The notes under the pieces: model-generated
The model's database searches: none
Told to the model about the DNA's origin: nothing
The model's input: only the letters and a program-made list of their open reading frames with translations
Shown here: positions 39,004-48,178 of the stretch, in pieces
Position numbering within the stretch: position 1 is the first letter of the stretch
How the letters are laid out: each line of letters opens with the position of its first letter
Program-made: the position numbers and the translations under genes
Source of the DNA: an uncultured bacterium
Lineage (GTDB): Bacteria > Chloroflexota > UBA5177 > JANWHV01
NCBI GenBank assembly: GCA_963827235.1
Contig: CAWHAE010000012.1
Span: 288,001 to 352,000 of the forward strand
DNA length: 64,000 nt
Reading direction: 5' to 3'

Positions 39004-39208
39004 AGCGGCACCGCTCCGGGGCTCGCAGTCGGTATATCCGCTTCGCGCAGCGGCGTGCCGCCGGACAGTGAGCACTCGTGCATCGCACAGGCGAAAAGCT
39101 CGTACCATAGGGTGAGTCGCCAGGATGGTGACGCGAAGGCTGGTAGGGCCGCCGTCCCTCCCGTCGACTCGCCTCAGAGAGCTCCAATGGATCGAGGAGG
39201 TGCCAGGG

Positions 39209-40327
39209 ATGAAGTCCGGCAGTGATGTTCTGCGGCCGGCGCGTCTGCAGGCCGTGCAGCAAGCGCTCGCCGGGGCCGGCGTCGACCTGCTCGTGCTGGC
39301 CGTCACCGACAATATGCGCTATGTCCTGGGTGGTTTCGCCCCGCATGGCGACGAGCGGTATTGCGCGCTGCTGATCACGGGCGACGACCGGCTCTTCATC
39401 GTGCCCTCCGTGAACGCGGACCAGGCGCGCTCGCGCACGGACGTGCCGGTGCGGAGCTTCCTGGATGAGGATGGCCCGTCGTCGGTACTGTCCGAGGCCC
39501 TCGCGGCCCTGGGCGTGCTCGCAAGCTGGCGAATCGCCGTGGACGAAGAGATGCGCGCCGACCACCTGCTGGCTCTGCAGGCCGCCCTGCCGGATGCGTC
39601 GTACAGACCTGCCGGCCCGATTATGGGGCCGCTTCGCAGTGTCAAGGACTCGGATGAGATCGCCACGCTGCAGGCAGCGGCAGCCACGGCGGACGCGGGT
39701 ATCCAGGCCGTGCTGGCGGCATGCAAGCCGGGCCTGACCGAGCTGGATCTCGTGGCCGTCGCGTCCACGGCAATGGCGCGCGCCGGCGCCGACGAGACCG
39801 TGTTCGCGACCGTGGGTGTCGGTCCGCACAGCGCCCTGCCGCACCACCAATCGGACGGCACGGTCCTGCGCCCGGGCGACGTGCTGGTCGTCGACATCGG
39901 CAGCAGGCTGCGCGGATACTGCTCGGACATCACGCGTATGGCCATCGTGGGCGGCGCCCCGCCCGACGCCGAGTACGCGCGAGTGCATGCCGTGCTGGAG
40001 GCGGCATCGCGTGCCGCCCAGGCCGCGGCACGGCCGGGAGTGCGGGCCGCGGAAGTCGATGCGGCGGCACGCAAGGTCATCGTCGATGCCGGCTACGGGC
40101 AGTACTTCGTGCATCGCACGGGCCATGGGCTGGGCCTCTCCATCCACGAAGAGCCGTATATCTCGGCCAGCAGCGAGGTCACGCTGGAGGCCGGCATGGT
40201 GTTCAGCATCGAGCCCGGCATCTACTTGCCGGGCAGATTCGGCGTGCGGCTGGAGGAAATCGTCTATCTGGATGCCGGCGGCGCCCACGTGCTGAGCGGG
40301 TTGCCGCGCGCGGTGCACGTCGCCTGA
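39209..40327 (+). CDS. Xaa-Pro peptidase family (M24B)
   Basis: LRSVKDSDEI, ALPHH, VDIG..GYCSDITR, HRTGHGLGLSIHEEP, FSIEPGIY and GVRLEE. Confidence 0.93.
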   Translation: MKSGSDVLRPARLQAVQQALAGAGVDLLVLAVTDNMRYVLGGFAPHGDERYCALLITGDDRLFIVPSVNADQARSRTDVPVRSFLDEDGPSSVLSEALAALGVLASWRIAVDEEMRADHLLALQAALPDASYRPAGPIMGPLRSVKDSDEIATLQAAAATADAGIQAVLAACKPGLTELDLVAVASTAMARAGADETVFATVGVGPHSALPHHQSDGTVLRPGDVLVVDIGSRLRGYCSDITRMAIVGGAPPDAEYARVHAVLEAASRAAQAAARPGVRAAEVDAAARKVIVDAGYGQYFVHRTGHGLGLSIHEEPYISASSEVTLEAGMVFSIEPGIYLPGRFGVRLEEIVYLDAGGAHVLSGLPRAVHVA

Positions 40328-40581
40328 CGTTCGACCGGTCACTTGTCGCGCTTGGCGTCCTTGGCGTCCGCCGTGCACGCGCGGGCACCCGCTGGCGGCT
40401 GTCCTTCGGCCCAGTACCGCTCAGCTATGGAGCTCCTCCACCAGCGCCCACAGGTACCCGCGTACCGCCTCGCGCTAGTCGGTCCACGGCAGACGTGAGA
40501 CCCCGGTTGAACCGTCGACTCTCGCCGCCACGCGCTTGCCCGGAGTCCGCTCTGCCGGCACGGGCCGCGTCTCGCGAGCGG

Positions 40582-41019
40582 TCACCAGCCGTGTCGCGGC
40601 TGCTGCGGCTCGCCCAGCTGCACGCGTCGAAGCCGTTCGGCCATTACCTCGAGCACGCGCAGAGCGATCGTCGAGTCGGCCTTGATCGCGTTGTGGAACT
40701 GCGCGTGGCTCATCACCAACATCTCTACCGGCGTGGCGGTGGTGACCGTGGCCGTGGCCGGCCCCGGATCGACCATGCTGATCTCGCCGAAGAACTCGCC
40801 CGGGCCCAGGCGAACCGGGGGCAGGCCTCGCACCGCCACCGCCACCTCGCCTGTCAGCAGCATGAAGAACGTGTGATTGGGCTCATCCTGCACGATCAGC
40901 ACGCGACCTTGCTCGACCTCGGCCTCGTCGGCGTTGCGCGCCAGGTTCTCGATCTGGGACTTCGTGCAGCGCGCGAATATGGGCATCTTCTTCAGCTGCT
41001 CCACTTTCCGGTCGGCCAT
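40582..41019 (-). CDS. stand-alone cyclic-nucleotide-binding domain protein
   Basis: LGPGEFFGEISMVDPGPATATV. RBS GGAGGG before ATG 41019. Confidence 0.85.
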   Translation of the reverse strand: MADRKVEQLKKMPIFARCTKSQIENLARNADEAEVEQGRVLIVQDEPNHTFFMLLTGEVAVAVRGLPPVRLGPGEFFGEISMVDPGPATATVTTATPVEMLVMSHAQFHNAIKADSTIALRVLEVMAERLRRVQLGEPQQPRHGW

Positions 41020-41440
41020 TCTCCCCTCCCAGCCGTTCTCCCATGTCGAGGCGCGTGCGCGATAGCCATGCCTCGCGCCGGCATTCCTCCGCGGATGTCT
41101 GTACTTCACTTTGCCACAGCCGGCGCAAGTTGCCACTATTCGGCGCCCGACCAGGTGTCCGATGTACGCGGCCTGCCGAGCGCCGTATTCGAGCCAGGGT
41201 GGCACGCGCACAAGCGGAGTGACGCCCACGCTGTACTGAGGCCAGGGCGGGAGGCGCGAAGTCGGGTCTCAGCCCGCCCGTGTGAACGGCAACGGCCGCT
41301 GGACCGCCGCGCGTAGGTGGTTTCGAGCGCGGCAAGCGGCCAACTGGCAACTGGGAGTATGCTCGAAGTAGGAGCCGGATGCCGTGGCGCTCTTGAGGCG
41401 CGCTGCGATGGCGGCAGGATGTGATATGAGGAGTGGAGTA

Positions 41441-41923
41441 ATGCGTGGTGCTGCGTGGGGAACGCGACTGGCGGCCGGCGTGTCGATCGTGAGCATTGCA
41501 CTTGCCCTGGGCGGATGCGGCGCCGCTGCCCTGCCGCCCCCGCCCCCGCCTGCCACGGCCACGGTTGCGGTCACTGTCACGCCTGCCGCTGCGGCGCCTG
41601 CCACGGCGGGCCCGACCGCGACGGCTACGGCACCGGCGGGCAACGCTGCTCAGCGTGCCGCCGGTGAGGCGGCGTTCACGTCGTCGTGCGGAACCTGTCA
41701 CGCGCTGACCGCCGCCGGCACGAGCGGCACCATCGGTCCGAGCTTGAATGCCATCGGCACGTTGCGTACCGCCGCCTGGATCGTGGCGCAGATCCATAAC
41801 CCGTGCGCGCCGGGCCACTCCAATGCCGCCGGCCCGAAGTACACCTGCTCGCTCATGCCGCCGGGCATCGTCTCCGGAGCTCAGGCGCAGGCCATCGCCG
41901 CCTACCTGGCTTCCCAGAAGTAG
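41441..41923 (+). CDS. c-type cytochrome lipoprotein
   Basis: Lipobox LGGC, Pro/Thr/Ala linker, heme motif CGTCH, IGPSL and the Met ligand in LMPP. Confidence 0.85.
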   Translation: MRGAAWGTRLAAGVSIVSIALALGGCGAAALPPPPPPATATVAVTVTPAAAAPATAGPTATATAPAGNAAQRAAGEAAFTSSCGTCHALTAAGTSGTIGPSLNAIGTLRTAAWIVAQIHNPCAPGHSNAAGPKYTCSLMPPGIVSGAQAQAIAAYLASQK

Positions 41924-42066
41924 GGCGAGACGGAATGGAGGCTCTGCCTTGCTCTCACGGCGACGCATAGTGCGGCCGAGACACCGGTCGGCCGCCGACT
42001 GGCCCGCGAACCGCCTCGCTTCTCGGCAGCCTGCCTCCAGATGCTCGGCCGGTTGGAGGCGAGCCG

Positions 42067-42657
42067 GTGGCTGAGGATCTCGACACACGGCCGACCGGTT
42101 CGGTCGAGACCTTCGACCTGCGGCGTGGACCCGTGGAGCCGTTTGCCGTGGAAGGAATCCGTTTCGTGCGCTACCATGCCCGCCTGGCGCCCGCGCTGGC
42201 CGCTGCCATGGGCGTGGGCGTCGAGACCGTGCACCGGCGGCAGGCGGAGGCAATGCAAGCATCCGTGGCTCTGCTGGAGGACGACTTGGTTGCTGCGTAC
42301 GGATGGGTCAGCCACGAGCTGATTCGTATCTACGAATTGAACCTGGCCGTGCCGATCCCACGCGGGCATGCCTATATCTGGGACTGCACGACGCTCTACC
42401 CGTACAGGAACCGCGGCATCTTCGCCGGCCTGCTTCGCTTCATACTGGAAGATCTTCGTCTGCAGGGCGACACGCGGGCGTGGGGGGCAGTTGCTCCGGG
42501 CAACGAGCCGTCGTTGCGCGCCTTCTCCCGAGCCGGATTCCGGCTCGTCGCCCGCCTGCACGCGGATCTCGGGCGCTTCGATCTGGCGCCCACGGACGAG
42601 GCAACCGCGGATGAGCTGGCTTTCGTCCAGGCGATGCGTCCGATCTTCGAGTCGTAG
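42067..42657 (+). CDS. GNAT family N-acetyltransferase
   Basis: YIWDCTTLYPYRNRGIF and NEPSLRAFSRAGF. Confidence 0.85.
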   Translation: MAEDLDTRPTGSVETFDLRRGPVEPFAVEGIRFVRYHARLAPALAAAMGVGVETVHRRQAEAMQASVALLEDDLVAAYGWVSHELIRIYELNLAVPIPRGHAYIWDCTTLYPYRNRGIFAGLLRFILEDLRLQGDTRAWGAVAPGNEPSLRAFSRAGFRLVARLHADLGRFDLAPTDEATADELAFVQAMRPIFES

Positions 42658-42733
42658 GCCGCGGTTCCCCCCCTTGAAGCGAACAGGAGAAGGCGGAGGG
42701 CTGCAGCCGGGTCCGGACACGCGCCCGCTCGGC

Positions 42734-43579
42734 TCAGGGTGCGGCCTGCTCGGAAGCCGCTTCCGCGAACAGATACGAATCGATCAGCGCGCGCGAGATA
42801 CTCATCGGGGGCGGGATCTGCGGCATGGTGGCGCGAGTGAACCAGCGCGCGTCGGCTATCTCCTCCGGATCGATGCGAATCTCGCCCGACTTCCATGTGC
42901 AGGTGAACCCGACCATCATCTGATGCGGAAACGGCCACGGCTGGCTGCCGAAATAGCGGATGTTCTCGACTTCGACCCCGACCTCCTCGCGCACCTCGCG
43001 AACGACGGTATCCTCCAGCGTCTCCCCCACCTCGACAAATCCAGCCGGCGTGCTGTAGCGTCCCGTGGGAAAGCTCCGGCCTCGCGCCAACAGCACTTCC
43101 GAACCCCTCGTGATCAGCACGATCACGCAGGGCGAAATGCGCGGGTACGCCGTCAGTCCGCACGCCGGGCACTTGCGCGCCCGCTCTGTATCCAGGGGCA
43201 GCGTAGGAGTGCCGCACTGGCCGCAGAACCGGTGCGTACGGTCCCAGGTCACAACCTGCGTGGCGCGCCCGGCGATGGCGAAGTGCTCGTCGTCTATCCG
43301 GCCGTAGAGGCCCCTGAGGCCCTGCAGCGCGAAGCCATCCGGCAGCTCCCGATCGGCGACCATGCTGGCCGCCAGGCAGGGGTGGTTCCCGATCTGGCCG
43401 AGATAGTGGCTATCGACTGCCGCGACGCCGAGGTCGGCGAGCGAAGCGGCAAAGGGCACCTCGACGCGCCCACCCGTTTCGCGCACCAGGAGATCGCCGT
43501 CGCTGAAGGCAAACCACCAGGCCTCAGGCTCCAGCTTCTCCGGTCGCACGTAGCCGGGGATGAAGACGCAGCTCGCCAT
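42734..43579 (-). CDS. nudC: NAD(+) diphosphatase (NudC)
   Basis: Zn ribbon HRFCGQCG...CPACG, YPRISP, Nudix box AGFVEVGETLEDTVVREVREEVG and SQPWPFP. Start uncertain. Confidence 0.93.
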   Translation of the reverse strand: MASCVFIPGYVRPEKLEPEAWWFAFSDGDLLVRETGGRVEVPFAASLADLGVAAVDSHYLGQIGNHPCLAASMVADRELPDGFALQGLRGLYGRIDDEHFAIAGRATQVVTWDRTHRFCGQCGTPTLPLDTERARKCPACGLTAYPRISPCVIVLITRGSEVLLARGRSFPTGRYSTPAGFVEVGETLEDTVVREVREEVGVEVENIRYFGSQPWPFPHQMMVGFTCTWKSGEIRIDPEEIADARWFTRATMPQIPPPMSISRALIDSYLFAEAASEQAAP

Positions 43580-43855
43580 GCTGTCACGCTTCATCGCGTA
43601 TTGTTTCGTATGCGGCATCCTGGCACCATTCTCCAGTGGAGTAGCTCCGGTGGGCGGGGCAACCGGTCCGCCGGTCCGGTAGCGGCACTCGTACATGCTG
43701 CAGGTTCCGGGTCCTGATGCGCCGCCGCCGTCCGCCATCTACGGTACCACAGGAGGGCAGGTGAATGGTCGGGCGCTTCGGCGGTCACCCGGAGCTCGAC
43801 GTCGAGTGTTCGCCGTGTTCACCTGGCGGAGGGGTCGCGGTGTGCCGATCGCACT

Positions 43856-45538
43856 ATGATTAGGGGCATGAATATCCGAAGCGCGCGCGCCTTCGTGCGT
43901 GACCTCGACGTGCTGGCCAAGCGCCCGCGCGGCGGGGCGCTGATCGCCATCATCATGATCGCCGCTCTCGTGCCGATCCTGACCGCCGCGAACGGCGCCA
44001 ACGGCCCGCTCGGCCAGAGCATCCCGCTGTTCTTCCTCGTGCCGGTCTTGGTCGCCTCTTCCGTGGGCGGCCGTGGTTCCGGCGTTCTCTCGGCGTTCGT
44101 GGCTGTGCTGTGCTGGGACTTCTTCTTCATACCGCCGACCTACCGGGTCACCGTTGCTTCCACGCGCGACGCGCTGGCCCTGCTTGTCTTTCTCCTGGTG
44201 GCCCTGCTGGTCGGCCAGCTATCCACCGTGGCCCGTAGGCGAACCGACGAGGCGCTGCGCCGTGCCCACGCATCCGAGGCCGTCTACGATATGAGCATGG
44301 GACTGATCGCGCGCAAGACACCGCGCGATCTGCTTACTCCCTTGCTCGAGCGCCTGCGGAACGCGCTCAAGCTCGGCGTCTGCGCCGTCCTGATGCAGGA
44401 TCGATCCGGCCGATGGCAATACGTTGCCTCGACCGGCCCGCTGCCGGACGACCTTGATGCGGTGCACAGCCGCAACGTGGCCGCGGTGGCCGCCGAGACG
44501 ATCCAGCTCGGGCACGAGTGCCGCCTCGGTCTCGCCGGCGATCGGCGCCAGCGGTACGACCGCATCCGCAGGCCGCGCGCCGGGTCCGAGCGGGCGCGCT
44601 TCATCCCGCTGCGTGTGGGCGACCGTCCGGTGGGCGTGCTGGAGATCGTGCCCGGCGCTGCCGGCGAGCCCGACGTGGAGCAGGAGCATCTGCTTATGAC
44701 CTTTGCCAATAGCGCTGCCATCGCCCTCGAACAGGCACGGCTGGCGGTGGAGGAACAGGCTGCCGCCGTGGCGAGGGAAAGCGACAAGCTGAAGAGCGCG
44801 TTGCTCTCCTCGGTCTCGCACGACCTCCGGACCCCGCTGGCTGGCATCAAGGCAGCTGCCAGCTCGTTGCTGCAGGACGACGTCGCCTGGAGTGAGGCAG
44901 ATCGGCGCGCCTTCGTCGCCGAGATCGATTCCTCGGCCGACCGCCTCACCCGCCTGGTCTCCAACCTGCTCGACCTCTCGCGCATTGAGGCCGGGGCGCT
45001 GCATCCGAGCAAGGAATGGGAGCAAGTCGGCCTGCTGGTCGACCGCGTCGCGCGCCGCTCGACGTCGCTGCTCGGGAATCACGAGCTCCAGTATGCCGTG
45101 GCCGGTGGGCTGCCTGCCGTTCAGCTCGACGCCGTGCAGATCGAGCAGGTGCTCACGAATCTGCTGGAAAACGCGGCCAAGTACTCGCCGCCCGGAACGC
45201 CGATCCGGGTGGACGTGCGCCAGATCGAGAAGGGCGGACTGCCGTGGATCCGCATTGCCGTTCGCGACCACGGCCCCGGCATCGAGCGCGCCGAGCAGGA
45301 ACGCATCTTCGACAAGTTCTACCGCATTACCGGCACCTCCGGGCGCACGTCGGGCACCGGGATGGGCCTGGCCATCGTCAAGGGGCTTGTGGAGGCGCAC
45401 GGCGGCACGGTAGGGGTTGAGAGCACCATGGGCGAGGGCAGCGTCTTCAACGTCGACCTGCCCGTGCAGCGTGAGGCGGAAGCTGGGACCGCCGGGCCGC
45501 CCGACGTCGCAACGGCACAGCCCGCGCACGTCCTGTGA
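43856..45538 (+). CDS. KdpD-like sensor histidine kinase (DUF4118-like TM, GAF-like, HisKA, HATPase)
   Basis: WDFFFIPP, SSVSHDLRTPL, NLLENAAKYSPPG, DHGPGI and GTGMGLAIV. No N-terminal KdpD/USP domains. Confidence 0.88.
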   Translation: MIRGMNIRSARAFVRDLDVLAKRPRGGALIAIIMIAALVPILTAANGANGPLGQSIPLFFLVPVLVASSVGGRGSGVLSAFVAVLCWDFFFIPPTYRVTVASTRDALALLVFLLVALLVGQLSTVARRRTDEALRRAHASEAVYDMSMGLIARKTPRDLLTPLLERLRNALKLGVCAVLMQDRSGRWQYVASTGPLPDDLDAVHSRNVAAVAAETIQLGHECRLGLAGDRRQRYDRIRRPRAGSERARFIPLRVGDRPVGVLEIVPGAAGEPDVEQEHLLMTFANSAAIALEQARLAVEEQAAAVARESDKLKSALLSSVSHDLRTPLAGIKAAASSLLQDDVAWSEADRRAFVAEIDSSADRLTRLVSNLLDLSRIEAGALHPSKEWEQVGLLVDRVARRSTSLLGNHELQYAVAGGLPAVQLDAVQIEQVLTNLLENAAKYSPPGTPIRVDVRQIEKGGLPWIRIAVRDHGPGIERAEQERIFDKFYRITGTSGRTSGTGMGLAIVKGLVEAHGGTVGVESTMGEGSVFNVDLPVQREAEAGTAGPPDVATAQPAHVL

Positions 45539-45591
45539 CTGCCGTTTCCGCCGTCTCCGGCGGCGTCGTGAGGCCGCGCTGCCTCGGCACG

Positions 45592-45607
45592 GTGCAGACG
45601 TCTGCAC
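45592..45607. promoter_or_regulatory. 16-bp palindrome GTGCAGACGTCTGCAC, copy 1 (candidate parS)
   Basis: Perfect palindrome about 30 bp past the parB stop. Confidence 0.7.
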
Positions 45608-45638
45608 TCACCGCGGGCCGGGCACCGGGCGCCGGTGC

Positions 45639-46727
45639 TCAGTCGACGGCAGGCGGTCTGGCTTCCGCCTGATCGAGACGAATGCGCTCCAGCAGAGCGA
45701 TGAACGAATCGAGGCTGATGCGGGCCGCGCGCGCCTGCGCGATAATCTCCGGCAGATCGTCGAGATCGGTTGCCACCTCATCCATGTGCACGTTCCGCAG
45801 CTCTGCGGCGATGCGCTCCAGGCGCAGCCGCAGGCGGCGCGTCCGCTCGCGTCTGGCTTTCTCGCGGCGAAGGTCGCCGCCGCTCAGTCCCGCCTCCGGA
45901 CGACCTGAAGGCAGCAGGTCTGCCACCGCGCCCGCTTCAACCGTGGCGCTCCCGCTTCGGGTTCCGCGCTGCGGCTCGCCGAGCGCGTTCGCCTCCGTTT
46001 CCGGGACAGGCGAAGGCGCTGGCGCTTCGGACTTCGCACCGGCGATCAGACGGCGCGTGTTGGCCACGCTGAGGCTGTTGTCGATCACCTCGTGCAAGAG
46101 CTCCGGCACGCGGTCGGCGGGCACGCGCCGCAGCTCCGCGGCGTGCCCCTCGCTGATCTCGTTGTCTCTGAGCGCCTGCTGCAGTACCGGCAGGTCGGAG
46201 AGGTGTTCCAGGTACTGGTATGCCCGCCGCCTGCCGATGCCGTGCTGCCGCGCGACGTCCAGCCAGTCGGAAGGGCGCAGCTCGCGCAGACGGGCCAGCG
46301 CGCGTGCGGCGTCCGGCACCGTGAGATCCTCGCGCACCAGGTTCTCCACCAGCTGCAGTACCAGCTTGTCCGCGTCGGACGTCGGCCGGTGCTCGACCAG
46401 CACGGGGACGTGCGTGAATGCCGCGATACGAGCCGCCAGCAGCCGGCGCTCGCCGCTGATCACCACGAACCTTTCCCGGCTGTCGTCGTAGAACGCGGTG
46501 ATTGGTTGCCTCATGCCGACGGTGCGCAACGAGGTCGCCAGCTCTTGCAGCGCCTCCTCGTCGATCGTCTTGCGAGGCTGATCCGGGTCGGCGATCAGAC
46601 GCTCGAGGGGCACCATGCGCGCCGCGGCGAGCGGCTGCGAGCCGTCGGAGCTCGCGGACAGCGCACTGTCCCGGCCCGGAGCCGCTGGTTGAGGGATAGG
46701 TGTGAAATCGAACTGCCGCCGAGCCAC
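45639..46727 (-). CDS. parB: ParB/RepB/Spo0J family partition protein
   Basis: PDQPRK, GMRQPI, ISGERRLLAA, QLVENLVREDL, HTH (VARQHGIGRRRAYQYL) and ISEGHA. GTG start after GAGGAG. Confidence 0.9.
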   Translation of the reverse strand: MARRQFDFTPIPQPAAPGRDSALSASSDGSQPLAAARMVPLERLIADPDQPRKTIDEEALQELATSLRTVGMRQPITAFYDDSRERFVVISGERRLLAARIAAFTHVPVLVEHRPTSDADKLVLQLVENLVREDLTVPDAARALARLRELRPSDWLDVARQHGIGRRRAYQYLEHLSDLPVLQQALRDNEISEGHAAELRRVPADRVPELLHEVIDNSLSVANTRRLIAGAKSEAPAPSPVPETEANALGEPQRGTRSGSATVEAGAVADLLPSGRPEAGLSGGDLRREKARRERTRRLRLRLERIAAELRNVHMDEVATDLDDLPEIIAQARAARISLDSFIALLERIRLDQAEARPPAVD

Positions 46728-46750
46728 CTGAGTTCTCCTCGGTTACGCGC

Positions 46751-47515
46751 TTAATCTGTGCATGCGCCGTCGATCGCCGCGGCCAGCTCCCGGTAGGCCT
46801 GCGCGGCGGCCGAGCGCGGGCGGTAGAACACCATCGGCCGGCGCGCGTTGAGCGATTCCTGCACGCCGATGGCGTCGGGAACGATCGCTTCGAATACCGC
46901 CGCGCCGAAGCGCGATCGCATCGACGCGACCGCCTGGCGGCCGAGCGACGTGCGTGGGCGCACCTGGCCCAGCAAAATGCCGCCCAGCCTCAGTGTATAG
47001 TTCCGCTGCCGGCGAATGCGCTCCAGGGTGCCCAGAGTCTCGTCGAGTGCCTGCCGGCTGCCGAGATCCTGCGGATTGAGCGGCAGAATGGCGGCATGCG
47101 CCGTGACCAGTACGTTCAAGGTCAGCCTGCCCAGCAGCGGCGGGCTATCGATCAGACAGATGTCGAAGCTATCCAGGAGGCCCGGGCTCGCATCCACGCT
47201 CCGCTTGAGCAGCAGGTCGGAGTTCGGCAGAGAGTTCTCCTGCAGCTCAACCATGTCCGAATGGCCGGGCACGACGGAGATGTTGTGAAACGGCGTCGCC
47301 CTGACCAGTCCATCGAGCGCTCTGCCTTCGTGAAGGATTCGCGGCAGGTCGAGATCGAGCGGGGCGCTGCACAGCGTGCTGAGCGTGACCTGCGGATCCA
47401 TGTCTATCAGGAGCACCCGCCTGCCCAGCTCGCTCAATGCACCGGCGATATTGAAGGCAGAGGTGGTCTTGCCGCTGCCGCCCTTGCGCTGGGCAAACGC
47501 AATAATCGTGGCCAT
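46751..47515 (-). CDS. parA: ParA/Soj family ATPase
   Basis: KGGSGKTT, VLLIDMDPQ, IDSPPLLG and AAQAYRELA. Putative extended -10 TGGTATACT at 47547-47555 on the minus strand. Confidence 0.92.
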   Translation of the reverse strand: MATIIAFAQRKGGSGKTTSAFNIAGALSELGRRVLLIDMDPQVTLSTLCSAPLDLDLPRILHEGRALDGLVRATPFHNISVVPGHSDMVELQENSLPNSDLLLKRSVDASPGLLDSFDICLIDSPPLLGRLTLNVLVTAHAAILPLNPQDLGSRQALDETLGTLERIRRQRNYTLRLGGILLGQVRPRTSLGRQAVASMRSRFGAAVFEAIVPDAIGVQESLNARRPMVFYRPRSAAAQAYRELAAAIDGACTD

Positions 47516-47752
47516 GGCACCTTCTCAACACCCGTTGCACTCGCGGAGTATACCAGAGTACGGCAGGATCTGGCGCCTGATAGTTCGCGGCGCGCGGACC
47601 TGAAATCCGCGATCCAGCGGTTCGGTGCCGCTGCGACCGCGTTCGTCTCGACCGCCTCCGGACATGCGCGGCATCGCTTCCATCGTCGCGATGACCCTGG
47701 CCCTGCTGACTCGATCGACTGCAGCTATCGTGACCTGGCGCGTCTCAGCACG

Positions 47753-47768
47753 GTGCAGACGTCTGCAC
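47753..47768. promoter_or_regulatory. 16-bp palindrome GTGCAGACGTCTGCAC, copy 2
   Basis: Identical to copy 1, including flanks (23-bp GCACGGTGCAGACGTCTGCACTC). Confidence 0.7.
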
Positions 47769-47823
47769 TCGATCGCTGCTCGCGATCATGGCCTGCTCGC
47801 CGTCACCCCCGCGACTCACCATA

Positions 47824-47839
47824 GTGCAGACGTCTGCAC
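47824..47839. promoter_or_regulatory. 16-bp palindrome GTGCAGACGTCTGCAC, copy 3
   Basis: Identical core starting 71 bp after copy 2, with different flanks. Confidence 0.7.
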
Positions 47840-48178
47840 AGTGTGCGAATCGGCGGCCGCCCGGCGCCCATTGTTCAGACCGGACGGCACCCGGGCATTG
47901 GTCGCTCCGCCGGCGCCGAGCATGGCATCCAGGCTCATCCCAACGGGAGCGACAGGATCGATCCCGGCTCGGCCCAGCCACAGGGAGCAGTATATGGCAG
48001 AAGGCACGGACGGATTGTCGCCCGGATCATTGCATCGGATGGAGCGCTCACCGCCTCGCCACAACCGGCCGCAGCCGGCCCGTACCCTGCCATCCTGCCT
48101 CGGCTGGTGGCTCCTGAGGTCCTGTCCCCGCCATCCTGCCGTGGCTGCAGGCCCCATGCCCTGTCGAGAAGCGGCCCG

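Noticed and set aside
39075-39160. c-di-GMP-I riboswitch-like words (GCACAGGCGAAA...GACGCGAAG) before the M24 peptidase
   Set aside because: I could not build the required paired stems by eye; an Infernal/Rfam search would be needed.
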